Shown here one piece after another: positions 47,477-58,138 of a stretch of 64,000 bases of DNA (within the stretch, counting starts at the first letter, position 1; each line of letters starts with the position of its first letter). Source of the DNA: Candidatus Altarchaeum sp. (lineage in GTDB: Archaea > Altiarchaeota > Altiarchaeia > Altiarchaeales > Altiarchaeaceae); contig JAGWDQ010000044.1 of NCBI GenBank assembly GCA_018260615.1, positions 13,791-77,790 of the forward strand, in the 5' to 3' direction. Both the position numbers and the translations under genes were made by a program. Below the pieces are notes generated by a model. That model made no database searches, was not told the DNA's origin, and was given only the letters and a program-made list of their open reading frames with translations.

Positions 47477-49765
47477 ATGTTCCTCACACACCCCCTCATA
47501 AAGCCGGACACCGTTGAACTGCGAAAGTATCAGGAAGCGATAATCGCAACATCGGCAAATAAAAATACAATAGTTGTACTTCCGACGGGACTTGGAAAAA
47601 CGCTGATTGCCGTAATTGTTGCCGCACATCGGCTGGATAAATTTAATGGCTCAAAGGTTCTGTTTTTAGCACCTACCAAGCCGCTTGCAGTACAGCATGC
47701 AGAGACATTCAGACAAATTTTAAATTTAAAGGACGATGAAATTTGTGTATTCACATCGGCAACACCGACAAATAAGCGAAACGACTTATGGGAGAAATCA
47801 CGGGTTATTCTGGCAACGCCTCAAACGATAGACAACGAAATAATGAAAAATTTAGATTTGAGCAATGTTTCTTTTCTGGTTTTTGATGAAGCACACAGAG
47901 CAGTCGGAAATTATGCTTACGGGTTCATTGCAGGCGAATATATGAAAAAAGCAAAGCATCCGCTGATTATGGGATTGAGTGCTTCTCCGTCATCTGATAT
48001 TGAGAAAATTTCGGAAATTTCAAAAAATCTGTTCATACAGTCGGTTGAGATAAGGACCGAAAATGACAGCGATGTCCGGGAGTATATAATGAAAGTGGAG
48101 GAAGAATGGGTAAAGGTTGAACTGCCTGCGGACTTTAAAGGAATAAGGGATAAACTTGCGGACTTGCTTAAATTTTACCTGAAACAGTTAAAGGATATGA
48201 ATTACATTGATACGATTAATTTGACAAATATTAACAAAAAGGACTTATTGGCTGTTCAGGAAAGAATAAGGGGCGACATATTGAGCGGAAACGGAAATTT
48301 CGATGCGGCATCGCTTATTGCAAAAATTATAAAACTTCATTATGCTCTTGAACTTATAGAGACGCAGGGAATTTTTACTTTATACAGGTATCTTGAACGG
48401 CTGAATCTGCAAAAAGGTAAAGGAGTAAAAGAGATGTTTTCCGATGAGCGTATGAAGGAAATCTGTGAAAATGTTAAAATTTTGTATGATGCAAAAACAG
48501 ACCATCCGAAGTTAGATGCAATCTTAAAAATTTTAAAGGAAGAGTTGGGTAGTTCGGAAGACAGAAAAAACAGGAAAATTTTGCTGTTCACTCAATACCG
48601 GGACACTGCCGAAAAAATTTATGAAATTTTAACGAACAACAACATAAAATGCGAGAAATTTATAGGTCAGGCAAGGAGAGATAATGACAAAGGAATGACG
48701 CAAAAAGAGCAAATTGCATCACTTGAGAAATTCAAAAATAATACATTTAATGTGCTGATTGCAACTTCTGTCGCAGAAGAAGGCCTGGATATTCCCAAGG
48801 TTGATATTGTAATATTTTATGAGCCGATTCCAAGCAGTATAAGAGCAATACAAAGGAGGGGAAGAACGGGAAGAATGTATGAAGGAAAGGTGATAATTTT
48901 GATGACAAGGGGGACGAGGGACGAAGGATATTACTGGAGTGCGGTTTCAAAGGAAAGAAAGATGAAGGAATATCTGACAAAATTCCAGATTTCAGGAAAA
49001 GAAGGCATTGAAAAAGAAGTACAAAAAAGACATGGGCAGCAAAGTATTTTATTGTACGACGATAATAATAAAGAGGATAACAAAGATAATGAAGAAAACA
49101 ATAACAAAGATAAAAACGAAAGACCTAAAATTTATGCCGATATACGGGAGCGAAACACGGAAATTTTTAAAATTTTAAATGAAAAGGCAGATGTCATAGT
49201 CAGGCAGTTAGAGGTTGGGGACTATATATTGAGCGAAAATGTATGTGTTGAGAGAAAGACAGCCGGTGATTTCTTACAGTCAATTGTTGATAGACGACTA
49301 CTTGAACAGGCACAAAATTTAGTGAGAAATTTTGAAATTCCGATAATTATCATAGAAGGTGAATTAAATTTGTCTTCAAGAAATATTCATCCGAATGCAG
49401 TCCGGGGAATGCTCGCCGCAATAGCAACTGACTTTAAAATTTCCATCATTCCGACAAAAGACGAAAATGATACCGCCGAAATGCTGTTCATAATCGCAAA
49501 AAGAGAGCAGGAAGAAAAAAGAAATCCGGTTGCTTTAATCGGTGAAAAGAGGGCTTACACTCTTGCCGAGAGACAGCACTTAATTGCCGAATCACTTCCA
49601 AATGTGTCTGCTGTGATTGCCGAACGGCTGCTTGAACGTTTTAAGACGATAAAAAAAATTGCAAATGCTGGCATTAAGGAATTAATAAAAGTTGAAGGAA
49701 TCGGATTAAAAAAGGCAGATGAAATTTTTAAGGTTACACATTCGGAGTATAAAAAGGAGAAATAA
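47477..49765 (+). CDS. hef: Hef-like helicase-nuclease (SF2 helicase + ERCC4/XPF nuclease + HhH2)
   Basis: 'VVLPTGLGKTLIA', 'LVFDEAHRA', helicase C 'ATSVAEEGLDIP', ERCC4 'ENVCVERKTAGDFLQS', C-terminal HhH; D/N/K/E-rich insert ~aa 525-555. Confidence 0.85.
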   Translation: MFLTHPLIKPDTVELRKYQEAIIATSANKNTIVVLPTGLGKTLIAVIVAAHRLDKFNGSKVLFLAPTKPLAVQHAETFRQILNLKDDEICVFTSATPTNKRNDLWEKSRVILATPQTIDNEIMKNLDLSNVSFLVFDEAHRAVGNYAYGFIAGEYMKKAKHPLIMGLSASPSSDIEKISEISKNLFIQSVEIRTENDSDVREYIMKVEEEWVKVELPADFKGIRDKLADLLKFYLKQLKDMNYIDTINLTNINKKDLLAVQERIRGDILSGNGNFDAASLIAKIIKLHYALELIETQGIFTLYRYLERLNLQKGKGVKEMFSDERMKEICENVKILYDAKTDHPKLDAILKILKEELGSSEDRKNRKILLFTQYRDTAEKIYEILTNNNIKCEKFIGQARRDNDKGMTQKEQIASLEKFKNNTFNVLIATSVAEEGLDIPKVDIVIFYEPIPSSIRAIQRRGRTGRMYEGKVIILMTRGTRDEGYYWSAVSKERKMKEYLTKFQISGKEGIEKEVQKRHGQQSILLYDDNNKEDNKDNEENNNKDKNERPKIYADIRERNTEIFKILNEKADVIVRQLEVGDYILSENVCVERKTAGDFLQSIVDRRLLEQAQNLVRNFEIPIIIIEGELNLSSRNIHPNAVRGMLAAIATDFKISIIPTKDENDTAEMLFIIAKREQEEKRNPVALIGEKRAYTLAERQHLIAESLPNVSAVIAERLLERFKTIKKIANAGIKELIKVEGIGLKKADEIFKVTHSEYKKEK

Positions 49766-49782
49766 ACAAAATGTTCACACAA

Positions 49783-49925
49783 TCACCTCACTTACGCTCA
49801 CTTCGTTCGTGTATTTTCAAATCTCTGTGATTTGAAAATCGTTCGGAGATTTTCAAAATCTGTTGATTTTGAAAAAGACACAAAGGAGTAATTCTCTGTG
49901 GCTTATTGGCTTGGTGTGAGGGAGT
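49783..49925. repeat. Intergenic repeat element (TTTTGAAAATC modules + partial long-hairpin module 'GACACAAAGG...GGCTTGGTGTGAGGG')
   Basis: 'cctcacttacgctcacttcgttcgtgt' as in 44241-44270; 'gattttcaaaatctgttgattttgaaaa' palindrome. Confidence 0.7.
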
Positions 49926-49954
49926 AATAAAAAAGGATAAATAAAAATAAGAAG

Positions 49955-51235
49955 TTGAAAGTTAAATTTATAAAAACTAAATTTAAACCAAATCATGCTA
50001 AAATGGATTCAAAAATACAATTATACAAGATGTCTCTTGATGAGAGGCGGAAAACGATTAAGGAACTTGCAAATTTAACTGATGAAGAAATCGCTTACTA
50101 TAATGGAAATCTCACAAACATTGCAGACAAGATGGTTGAAAATGTAATCGGAACTTATGAAATGCCGCTGGGAATAGCAACAAATTTTTTAATAAACGGG
50201 AATGACTATTTAATTCCGATGGCAATAGAAGAGGCATCTGTCATTGCGGCTGCCTCAAATGCTGCAAAAATTGCACGGGTTAAAGGCGGATTTACAGCAC
50301 ATAGTGATGAGCCGGTAATGCTCGGACAAATTCAGGTAATAAACATAGATGATGTTGAAGTAGCACAGATTGAAATTTTAAGGCATAAAAAAGAAATAAT
50401 GGAGATGGCCAATACCTGCGATCCGACATTAGTAAAATTCGGAGGAGGGTGCAAAGACATTGAAGTGCGGAAAATCGGTGATGATATGTTAGTTGTGCAT
50501 TTACTTGTTGATTGCAGGGATGCTATGGGAGCAAATGCCGTAAATACGATGGCAGAAAAAGTTAAGGAAAAAATAAAAGAACTAACAGAGGGGGATGTTT
50601 TATTAAAAATTATTTCAAATCTGGCAATATACAGAAAGGCATACTCTTATGCAATATTTGATAAAGAGGCATTAGGCGGAGAGGATGTTGTTAACAAAAT
50701 TTTAATGGCTTACGAGTTTGCAGAAAGTGATATTTTCAGATGTGCTACACACAACAAAGGCATAATGAACGGAATTGATGCTCTGATAATGGCAACGGGA
50801 AATGATTTCAGGGCGATTGAAGCGGGGGCACACAGTTATGCTGCATTGAACGGATACGCTCCGTTAACACATTACAGCAAAGATAAAGACGGAAATTTAG
50901 TCGGAAGCATTGAAATTCCGATGGCTGTTGGAATAATCGGCGGAGCAACAAGGACTCATCCGCAGGCAAAAACAAATTTAAAAATTTTAAATGTGAAGTC
51001 GGCAGGGGAACTTGCAGAAGTTGCGGCATCTCTTGGCCTGGCACAAAATTTAGCAGCATTGAAAGCACTGTCAACAGAGGGAATTCAGAGAGGACACATG
51101 GAATTACACGCGAGAAATATTGCAATAAGTGCGGGAGTTCCGTCTGAAATTGCCGACAAGGTTGCAGAAATTATGATAAAGAATAAGAAAATCAACACAG
51201 AATACGCAAAAGAAATTTTTGAAAAAATAAAATAA
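49955..51235 (+). CDS. hmgA: Hydroxymethylglutaryl-CoA reductase (class I, archaeal)
   Basis: 'EMPLGIATNFLINGNDYLIPMAIEEASVIAAASNAAK', 'DAMGANAVNTMAE', 'GTVGG'-like 'GIIGGATR'; true start may be Met at 50003. Confidence 0.85.
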   Translation: MKVKFIKTKFKPNHAKMDSKIQLYKMSLDERRKTIKELANLTDEEIAYYNGNLTNIADKMVENVIGTYEMPLGIATNFLINGNDYLIPMAIEEASVIAAASNAAKIARVKGGFTAHSDEPVMLGQIQVINIDDVEVAQIEILRHKKEIMEMANTCDPTLVKFGGGCKDIEVRKIGDDMLVVHLLVDCRDAMGANAVNTMAEKVKEKIKELTEGDVLLKIISNLAIYRKAYSYAIFDKEALGGEDVVNKILMAYEFAESDIFRCATHNKGIMNGIDALIMATGNDFRAIEAGAHSYAALNGYAPLTHYSKDKDGNLVGSIEIPMAVGIIGGATRTHPQAKTNLKILNVKSAGELAEVAASLGLAQNLAALKALSTEGIQRGHMELHARNIAISAGVPSEIADKVAEIMIKNKKINTEYAKEIFEKIK

Positions 51236-51238
51236 AAA

Positions 51239-53842
51239 ATGAGCGAAACAGAAGAAGTAACAAATAAGGACAAAAGGTATTTATTTAGCTGGAAGGACAT
51301 TCCGGGAAAAGACAGCGAGAAATTTCTGAAATTTTTGGAGAATGACCTGAAAATATTGTGGGCAAAGACAGCGGAAATCAAAAAAAGCGATGATGGTAAA
51401 ATCATATCTGTTACTGACAAATTAAATAATAAAAATTTAATTGAATTTAAATTTACTGAAAAAGAAGGCAAAGTAACACTTAAAATTTCAGGAGGAAAGA
51501 CCTGCAAATACCTTTTAAAAGAAGAAGGAGGCAAGACAAAGATATATAAATTGGGAAAAGATATTAAAGAATATCTGGACGATCTGGAAAAGATAATTAC
51601 AGGTGATAATAAAAGTAAAGAAGGCAAAAAAGCAGATGAGACCGAAGAAAAGAAAGAGGGTAAGTATTTGTTTAACTGGGATGATGTTCCGGGAGATAAT
51701 ACAGAATTCATAAAATTTTTAAAAGACGGACTAAAAATAGAGTGGGTGGAGAATGCTAAAATCGAAAAAAGTAAGAATAAGGAAACAATAACTGTTACGA
51801 ATAAAAACAAAAATTCAGAGTCAATTACTATCAAACTTAATAAAACAGAAAAGAAGGTAAGTTTAGAATACAATGGTGAAACACACGAATACATTTTAAA
51901 AGAAGAGAATGGCAGGTTAAACATATACGAATACACAATAAAAGCAAACATAGTAGAAAAGATTGAAGATATAAATCCGGAGATTTTTGAGAAGTATGTA
52001 ACAACAGCAGAAATTCCAATACCAAAAAAAACAATTGACCAGGTTATCGGGCAGGATAAGGCCGTTGAGATAATAAAAAATGCTGCTATCCAGAGAAGAC
52101 ACATAATGCTTATCGGTGATCCGGGAACCGGAAAATCAATGCTTGCCAAAGCAATGGCGGAATTACTTCCCGTTGAAGAATTAATGGATGTTCTTTCCGG
52201 CAGAAATTTTGAAGATGAAAATAATCCGAAAATAAAGGTTGTTAAGACGGGTGAAGGAAAAGAAATTGTTAAAAAATCTTCCGAAGGCACACAGGCATCC
52301 TCTTCAGGAGAAAGCAAAACATTCCTTTATATTGCTGTTTTCTTTATTATTCCTCTGGCAATTTATTTTTATGCGATAACTCATTATATTCAGATTGATT
52401 CAACTATTATTTTTGCACCGATGCTCGTCGGAATGTTTTTACTGCTGTTTCAGGGAATGAATTTCAGGCAAATGATGGGCGTACCAACCCACGGAAATGT
52501 GCCAAAGATAATTGTTGACAACTCAAACAAAAAACAGGTGCCTTTTTTTGACGCAACTGGTTCGCATGCAGGTGCATTGCTTGGTGATGTCAAGCACGAT
52601 CCATTGCAATCAGGGGGCTTGGGGACGCCTCCGCATTTAAGGGTTATGGCAGGAATGATACATAAGTCCCATAAAGGGGTACTTTACATTGATGAAATTT
52701 CAACATTAGGAAAGTCGCAGATGGATTTACTTACCGCCATGCAGGAAAAACAACTTTCAATAACAGGGAGAAGTGAAATGAGCAGCGGTGCAATGGTGAT
52801 GAGTGATCCTGTTCCGTGTGATTTTATATTAGTTGCCGCAGGAAATTTAGTGGATATGGAGCACATGCATCCTGCATTAAGGTCCAGAATAAGGGGCTAC
52901 GGTTATGAAATTTATTTGGATAATACAATGCCTGATACAACAGACAACAGAAGAAAATTAGTCAGATTTGTTACTCAGGAGGTAATAAAAGACGGAAAAA
53001 TTCCTCATTTTACAAAAGAAGCGGTTGATGTAATAATCAGAGAAGCGGAAAGAAGAGCGGGAATGAAAGGAAAATTAACATTGATTTTCAGGGAACTTGG
53101 AGGACTGATAAGAGCATCCGGGGACCTGGCGGTAAAAAGAAAACATAAATTTGTAGATGCAAATGATGTAATGGATGCAAAAAAAATAGCGAGAACACTT
53201 GAAGGGCAAATCGGTGATATTTACTTAGATAAGCGTAAAGAATACGAAGTAATTCTGACGGAAGGTGTTAGTGTCGGCAGGGTAAACGGATTAGCTGTTT
53301 TCGGTGATGTCGGAACGGTTTTACCGATTGTTGCCGAGGTTTCACCGGCGTCAAGTGAAGGAAGAGGACAAATAATAGCAACGGGAAAGCTGGGAGAAAT
53401 CGCGAAGGAGGCAATAACAAATGTATCTGCAATTATTAAAAATTTTATGGGAAAGGAAATTTCAAACTACGATATTCATGTACAATTCCTGCAAACTTAC
53501 GAAGGTGTTGAAGGTGATTCCGCATCCATTGCCGTAGCAATAGCAATGATATCCGCACTTGAAGATGTCGGAATATCCCAGGAGGTTGCAATAACCGGCT
53601 CGCTTACGGTGAGAGGAGAAGTTCTGCCTGTCGGAGGAGTAACACAAAAGATTGAGGCGGCAATAGAAGCGGGACTTAAAAAAGCCATAATTCCAAAGAG
53701 CAATGAGAAGGATGTGCTGTTAGAAAAACGATACGAGGGAAAAATTGAAATTATTCCTGTCACAACAATTATTGAGGCAATTAAGTACGCATTTAAGGAC
53801 AGCAGTAAGATAACGGAGAAAATGAATAAAATGGTAAAGTAA
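51239..53842 (+). CDS. lonB: Archaeal membrane-bound Lon protease (LonB) with ~260-aa N-terminal extension made of repeated 'FSWxDxPG' domains
   Basis: Walker A '[13 protein letters not shown]', membrane hairpin inserted in AAA module, Ser-Lys dyad '[16 protein letters not shown]' / '[14 protein letters not shown]'; N-terminal '[28 protein letters not shown]...' and '[33 protein letters not shown]'. Confidence 0.85.
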   Translation: MSETEEVTNKDKRYLFSWKDIPGKDSEKFLKFLENDLKILWAKTAEIKKSDDGKIISVTDKLNNKNLIEFKFTEKEGKVTLKISGGKTCKYLLKEEGGKTKIYKLGKDIKEYLDDLEKIITGDNKSKEGKKADETEEKKEGKYLFNWDDVPGDNTEFIKFLKDGLKIEWVENAKIEKSKNKETITVTNKNKNSESITIKLNKTEKKVSLEYNGETHEYILKEENGRLNIYEYTIKANIVEKIEDINPEIFEKYVTTAEIPIPKKTIDQVIGQDKAVEIIKNAAIQRRHIMLIGDPGTGKSMLAKAMAELLPVEELMDVLSGRNFEDENNPKIKVVKTGEGKEIVKKSSEGTQASSSGESKTFLYIAVFFIIPLAIYFYAITHYIQIDSTIIFAPMLVGMFLLLFQGMNFRQMMGVPTHGNVPKIIVDNSNKKQVPFFDATGSHAGALLGDVKHDPLQSGGLGTPPHLRVMAGMIHKSHKGVLYIDEISTLGKSQMDLLTAMQEKQLSITGRSEMSSGAMVMSDPVPCDFILVAAGNLVDMEHMHPALRSRIRGYGYEIYLDNTMPDTTDNRRKLVRFVTQEVIKDGKIPHFTKEAVDVIIREAERRAGMKGKLTLIFRELGGLIRASGDLAVKRKHKFVDANDVMDAKKIARTLEGQIGDIYLDKRKEYEVILTEGVSVGRVNGLAVFGDVGTVLPIVAEVSPASSEGRGQIIATGKLGEIAKEAITNVSAIIKNFMGKEISNYDIHVQFLQTYEGVEGDSASIAVAIAMISALEDVGISQEVAITGSLTVRGEVLPVGGVTQKIEAAIEAGLKKAIIPKSNEKDVLLEKRYEGKIEIIPVTTIIEAIKYAFKDSSKITEKMNKMVK

Positions 53843-54059
53843 AATTTGAAATTTAACTGACTCTTATTTTTAACATCCTAGTGTTAGTAAAATTTTTAAA
53901 TAAAATTTCAAAATTTATCCTTGCTTTAAAATATGTTGCGGGATTTTAAATGTAGGTACAAGTAATCACAGATTAAAGAATAAGGGCCATTGTCTTTACA
54001 TCATAAAGTATAAAATATCATAGTTTTTGTGTTTTATAAAGCAATATCTGCTCGTTCTG

Positions 54060-54160
54060 AATTTTTTAAAAATTTACAGTGGCAAAGTCAGTTATTTCAA
54101 AATTTTTAATATTTTATAATCAGTTGTCCTTATAGCCGGAATCCTACCTGCCCCCTTTAT
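54060..54160. other. ~100-bp diverged duplicate of the 3' end + downstream of radical SAM gene 54856-55992
   Basis: '...taatcagttgtccttatagccggaatcctacctgccccctttattaa' vs 54884-54935 '...taatcagttgttcttatagccggaatcctgcctgctccttttattaa'. Confidence 0.65.
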
Positions 54161-54336
54161 TAATGCCTATTTTTATATCCAAACATAATTAACAATAGAG
54201 TTGTTGCTTTTTAAGAGATTTGAGGGTAAATTTTAGTAAAAATTGAAGGTAAAAATTTTATTAAGCAGCATGTCTAATATCTGAAATTTAATTATTTATT
54301 TAATATCTGAAATTTAATTAATAAATAAAATTTAAA

Positions 54337-54651
54337 ATGGAATACGAGGTAAAAAGATTTGGGGTTGTGTCTGTGTTGAAGATTGGGATTGCGATGGGGG
54401 TTGTAATAGGAGTATTTTGTGGATTGTTCTATGGTTTGTTTATGGGTTTGATTTTTAGCAGCATTCCTGCAAGCATGGGCGGAAGCTCCTCTATGGCAGG
54501 TTTGGGACTTGTAGGAGGAATGGTTTTGGGAATTGTCGGAGGTGCGATATACGGGGTATTTATAGGAATATTTTATGCCATAGGTGCCATCATATATAAC
54601 TTCGCCGCAGGAAAAATCGGAGGAATTAAAGTTGAAATAAAAGAACAATAG
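54337..54651 (+). CDS. Small glycine-zipper membrane protein
   Basis: Repeated GxxxG motifs ('GVVIGVFCGLFYGLFMGLIF', 'GLGLVGGMVLGIVGGAIYGVFIGIFYAIGA'); 104 aa. Confidence 0.45.
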   Translation: MEYEVKRFGVVSVLKIGIAMGVVIGVFCGLFYGLFMGLIFSSIPASMGGSSSMAGLGLVGGMVLGIVGGAIYGVFIGIFYAIGAIIYNFAAGKIGGIKVEIKEQ

Positions 54652-54716
54652 ATGAAATTTAATTCAGAAACGACAGAAAATCATAAATAAATATTTTTCT
54701 CTTTTTTAAATTTTTT

Positions 54717-54830
54717 ATCGTACAGGAAAGTTCGTTTTATTTTTGGTCCCTCACACCAAGACACAGAGACACAAAGGGCAATGTTGCTCTGTGACTTTGT
54801 GGCTTTGTGTGAGTATTCTTCTGATTTTTT
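54717..54830. repeat. Long-hairpin intergenic repeat ('CGTACAGGAAAGTTCGTTTTAT...CCTCACACCAAGACACAGAGACACAAAGG...CTCTGTGACTTTGTGGCTTTGTGTGAG...TTCTGATTTTTTT')
   Basis: Reverse complement of 60400-60528 (inverted partner 5.6 kb away); direct copy at 37880-37975. Confidence 0.8.
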
Positions 54831-54855
54831 TAAAAATTCGTCGTGGCAAACTCTT

Positions 54856-55992
54856 TTATTCCAAAATTTTTACTATTTTGTAATCAGTTGTTCTTATAGC
54901 CGGAATCCTGCCTGCTCCTTTTATTAAATTTTTCAGTTCCTCAACATTCGCACTTCTTTCCGAAATTTTTCCCGCTGCGTAAGTTATATTTTCCTTTTCA
55001 ATGGTTCCGTCAAAATCATTTGCCCCGTAATGAAGTGCTACCTGTGCCAAATTTTTCCCGAGCATAACCCAATATGATCTTATATTGTCAAAATTATCAA
55101 GCAATATTCGTGATACTGCAATAACCTTTAAATCATCTATCCCGCTTACAGGCATCGTTACAAGTCCTTTGTTATATAAATTTGTGCCTTTCGGATGAAA
55201 ACTTAAAGGAATAAAACCCAGAAATCCGTTTGTCTTTTCCTGCAAATCCCTGAGCTTTAATATATGCATGACTCTGTCCTCATTGCTTTCAATATGTCCG
55301 TAAAGCATTGTCGCATTGCTCCTTATTCCTAATTTGTGTGCGGTTTCCATGACATTGAGCCATTCATCGCTTTTCAGTTTATTCGGACAAATTTTACTTC
55401 TTATTTCATCGTTTAAAATTTCTGCCCCTCCGCCGGGTATAAAATTTAATCCCGCATCTTTAAAACGTTCCAAAATTTCTTTAATGCTGCTTTTATTCCT
55501 CTTTGCTATGAAAAAAATTTCTGTTGCCGTAAATGCTTTAATTGCCAAATCCGGAAAATTTTTCCTTATCTCTTTCAGTATGTTCTCGTAATATTCAACA
55601 GGAATTTCCGGGTTTAAACTTCCGACGATATGAACCTCGCTTATATTGCTTATTTGCCGTGCCTTTTTGACCATCTCTAAAATTTTATCAATACTTATAA
55701 CATAGCCATCTTTGTCTTCCTGAGATTTGTAATACGCACAGAGTTCGCATTTGCTTACGCAGATATTTGTATAATTTATGTGTAAATTTAAAACGAATGA
55801 GACAATATCTCCGACCTTGTTTTTTCTTATTTTATCTGCTGCTGTGCCTAAATTTAAGATGTCGTTTGAATTCATTAAGGCAATTCCGTCTTTTTCGGAA
55901 ATTTTGTCTCCTTTTACTGCTCGTTCAAGGATTTCGGAAATTTCGGAGTTAAATTTTTCGTTGGTAAATTTCATTTTGATTTCTTTATTCAA
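54856..55992 (-). CDS. Radical SAM enzyme of the CofH/CofG/MqnC/MqnE family
   Basis: 'NYTNICVSKCELCAYY' CxxxCxxC cluster motif, 'GGGAEIL', 'MLYGHIE'; 378 aa. Confidence 0.75.
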   Translation of the reverse strand: MNKEIKMKFTNEKFNSEISEILERAVKGDKISEKDGIALMNSNDILNLGTAADKIRKNKVGDIVSFVLNLHINYTNICVSKCELCAYYKSQEDKDGYVISIDKILEMVKKARQISNISEVHIVGSLNPEIPVEYYENILKEIRKNFPDLAIKAFTATEIFFIAKRNKSSIKEILERFKDAGLNFIPGGGAEILNDEIRSKICPNKLKSDEWLNVMETAHKLGIRSNATMLYGHIESNEDRVMHILKLRDLQEKTNGFLGFIPLSFHPKGTNLYNKGLVTMPVSGIDDLKVIAVSRILLDNFDNIRSYWVMLGKNLAQVALHYGANDFDGTIEKENITYAAGKISERSANVEELKNLIKGAGRIPAIRTTDYKIVKILE

Positions 55993-56073
55993 TCTATGTT
56001 TAATAATTGTAATTGATTAATGATTTCTAATTTTATTAATTAAATTTTGTGAGAAAGATAAAGAAGCACAAGA

Positions 56074-56316
56074 ATGGCTAAAAATAATTTAATGCAATTT
56101 AAGAAATGTAATTGTCCTCAAGAGTATTGGGAAGAAATTGTAGTTGACCATGACGAAAATTTTGATGACAGGTCTGTAATATATTTCCATTGTGATTTTT
56201 GTGGCGAGGATCATGCAATAGTTGATTTTTATACGGGAGAAATACTTTATCCAAAACAAAATGAGGAAAACAAATCCAAAGTTTCAACACTTAAAAAATC
56301 AGCACTTAAAAAATGA
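56074..56316 (+). CDS. Small Cys-containing (zinc-ribbon-like) protein
   Basis: 'CNCPQEY...HCDFCGEDH' ; 80 aa. Confidence 0.3.
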   Translation: MAKNNLMQFKKCNCPQEYWEEIVVDHDENFDDRSVIYFHCDFCGEDHAIVDFYTGEILYPKQNEENKSKVSTLKKSALKK

Positions 56317-56468
56317 TAAATGATAAATCAACTGAGGATTTAATAAACCAATGCATTAACGGTTATAAATTTTCCTTTGAAGAAGCAAGGGACTTGCTAA
56401 ATTTTGACCTAAACACACTTGGCTTGATTGCAGATGAACTAAAAAATAATAAAGAAATAATCCGATAA
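56304..56468 (+). pseudogene. Truncated copy (first ~50 codons) of the radical SAM gene at 58230
   Basis: Encodes 'MINDKSTEDLINQCINGYKFSFEEARDLLNFDLNTLGLIADELKNNKEII*' vs gene 'MMDTKKSVEEIINQCINGHKFSFEEAKDLLNFDLNTLGLIADEIRNKF...'. Confidence 0.8.
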
Positions 56469-56620
56469 CATTTGTTAAGGTTAAGGTTATAATTATTATA
56501 AGGACATAATTATCAATCATAAAATTAAAAACCAAAATGATGGGCAGGGGACGGATATAAACCACATGAAATAAGTGGATAAAAGTAAAGGACTAAAAGA
56601 AACATGTAAAAAACCAAAGT

Positions 56621-56716
56621 ATGAAAAAAACAGCATTTATGGCACATAGTTTTGAGGGTGGTGAAGTTGTGAAGAATGTTGTAAATAGAGGTATTAATAA
56701 TTACGATGGATATTGA
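56621..56716 (+). pseudogene. Truncated copy of the start of the TIR-domain gene (cf. 56993)
   Basis: 'MKKTAFMAHSFEGGEVVKNVVNRGINNYDGY*' vs 'MKKTAFIAHSFEDDESVKKIVNGF...'; preceded by same ~150-bp spacer as 56860-56992. Confidence 0.75.
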
Positions 56717-56860
56717 AAAATCAATTGATGAATTAATAAATAAATGTATTAACGGTTATAAATTTTCCTTTGAAGAAGCAAAGGACTTACTAAATTTTGA
56801 CTTAAACACGCTTGGCTTAATTGCAGATGAACTAATGAATAATAAAGAAATAATATGATA
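56706..56860 (+). pseudogene. Second truncated copy (first ~50 codons) of the radical SAM gene at 58230
   Basis: 'MDIEKSIDELINKCINGYKFSFEEAKDLLNFDLNTLGLIADELMNNKEII*'. Confidence 0.8.
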
Positions 56861-56992
56861 ATTTATTAATTGTAATGTTGTAATTATTAATCATAAAATT
56901 AAAAACCAAAATGGCGGGCAGGGGACGGATATAAACCACATGAAATACGTGGATAAAAGCAAAGGACTAAAAGACATGTAAAAAACCAAAGT

Positions 56993-58138
56993 ATGAAAAA
57001 AACAGCATTTATAGCACACAGTTTTGAAGATGATGAATCTGTGAAAAAAATTGTAAATGGATTTAAAGATATTTTTAGTTGTTATTTTGACATCGTTACT
57101 GGTGAAGAACCAAGTTCGAATAAATCTATTTCCAAGAAGGTTGAAGGTATGATAAAAGAGCAGGATGTGTTTATAGGTATTGTAACAAAAAGAAAAGACA
57201 GCGAATGGAGCACATCAGCATGGGTTCTAAACGAAGCAGTAACAGCAATGAATTTTAGCAAGCCAATTATCCTTTTGGTTGAAAAAGGTATAAATGAAAA
57301 AAATATGGGGATGGTAGGTAATGCAAGAGAATATATTTATTTTGATAGTAATGATATTTTTGAATATATTCCAAAAGTTATTAAAATTATTGAAGAGATA
57401 AATAAGCCATCTCCGGAAAATAATCTTCGTTTTCCTTACAAATTCAGAGAAGTAATAAACAGGATTACAATATACTCCGAAGGTAGGGGAATTTATGATA
57501 GAAGATGTATGCTGGAAGTACTTTCTGAAGATTTTACCAGGGTCGTTCATGCGATAGGACTAAGTGGTTGTACGCCAAAAACTACTGTTTTAAAACCTTT
57601 TAAAGATATCAAAACTACAAAAATCTCCGACAGATATGTGAAAGATCAATCTTTGTTTTGGAAGATATTTGAACCTAGGGACCTTGTTTTAAATCCCAAA
57701 AGGGTTTTATACGGGGGTGAATGGAAATCTTTGGATATTCCTGATGCAGAGGGATTTAATTTTTCTCTTAATTTCGGAAAATTTCCAATCGGAAGTACAA
57801 TAGAATATTCATACGGATTCTCCTGTAAAGACATGTTTCCCCTGAACAAATATCAACTTAAGAATGGACAGCTTTATATGGGGAAGACAAATAAACTTTC
57901 GGACTGGACGGAAGTAATAAGTGAAGTTGATAAGCTTGTGTTTGTCATTCAATTTGACCATGATTATAAACTAAAAGGATCGCCTGAGCTAATAATAACA
58001 ACACAAGATGGAGATAAAATAAAACACAGTTATAAATTTGAAAAGGAAACATCACTTTTTTACGAGACATACAAGGTAAGCATAGGAAGAACAACTCCTG
58101 GATTCAAATATGTTGTTGAATGGAAACCTGAAAATTGA
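56993..58138 (+). CDS. TIR-domain protein with ~250-aa C-terminal domain of unknown function
   Basis: N-terminal 'MKKTAFIAHSFEDDESV' (TIR betaA 'FISHS..D'), 'STSAWVLNEAV' matching TIR 'SxWCxxEL' catalytic-Glu motif; C-terminal beta-rich domain without recognisable motifs; 381 aa. Confidence 0.6.
   Translation: MKKTAFIAHSFEDDESVKKIVNGFKDIFSCYFDIVTGEEPSSNKSISKKVEGMIKEQDVFIGIVTKRKDSEWSTSAWVLNEAVTAMNFSKPIILLVEKGINEKNMGMVGNAREYIYFDSNDIFEYIPKVIKIIEEINKPSPENNLRFPYKFREVINRITIYSEGRGIYDRRCMLEVLSEDFTRVVHAIGLSGCTPKTTVLKPFKDIKTTKISDRYVKDQSLFWKIFEPRDLVLNPKRVLYGGEWKSLDIPDAEGFNFSLNFGKFPIGSTIEYSYGFSCKDMFPLNKYQLKNGQLYMGKTNKLSDWTEVISEVDKLVFVIQFDHDYKLKGSPELIITTQDGDKIKHSYKFEKETSLFYETYKVSIGRTTPGFKYVVEWKPEN

Noticed and set aside
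51085-52317. 410-aa minus-strand ORF (and 24917-25270 plus-strand ORF) as genes
   Set aside because: They lie antisense to lonB / radC exactly over the repeated 'FSWDDVPG' coding repeats and translate to low-complexity S/F/L-rich sequence; shadow ORFs.
53850-54340. tRNA or rRNA genes in the large intergenic gaps (also 9920-10380, 28790-28990)
   Set aside because: No GC-rich cloverleaf-compatible segments seen; these AT-rich gaps contain only repeats.
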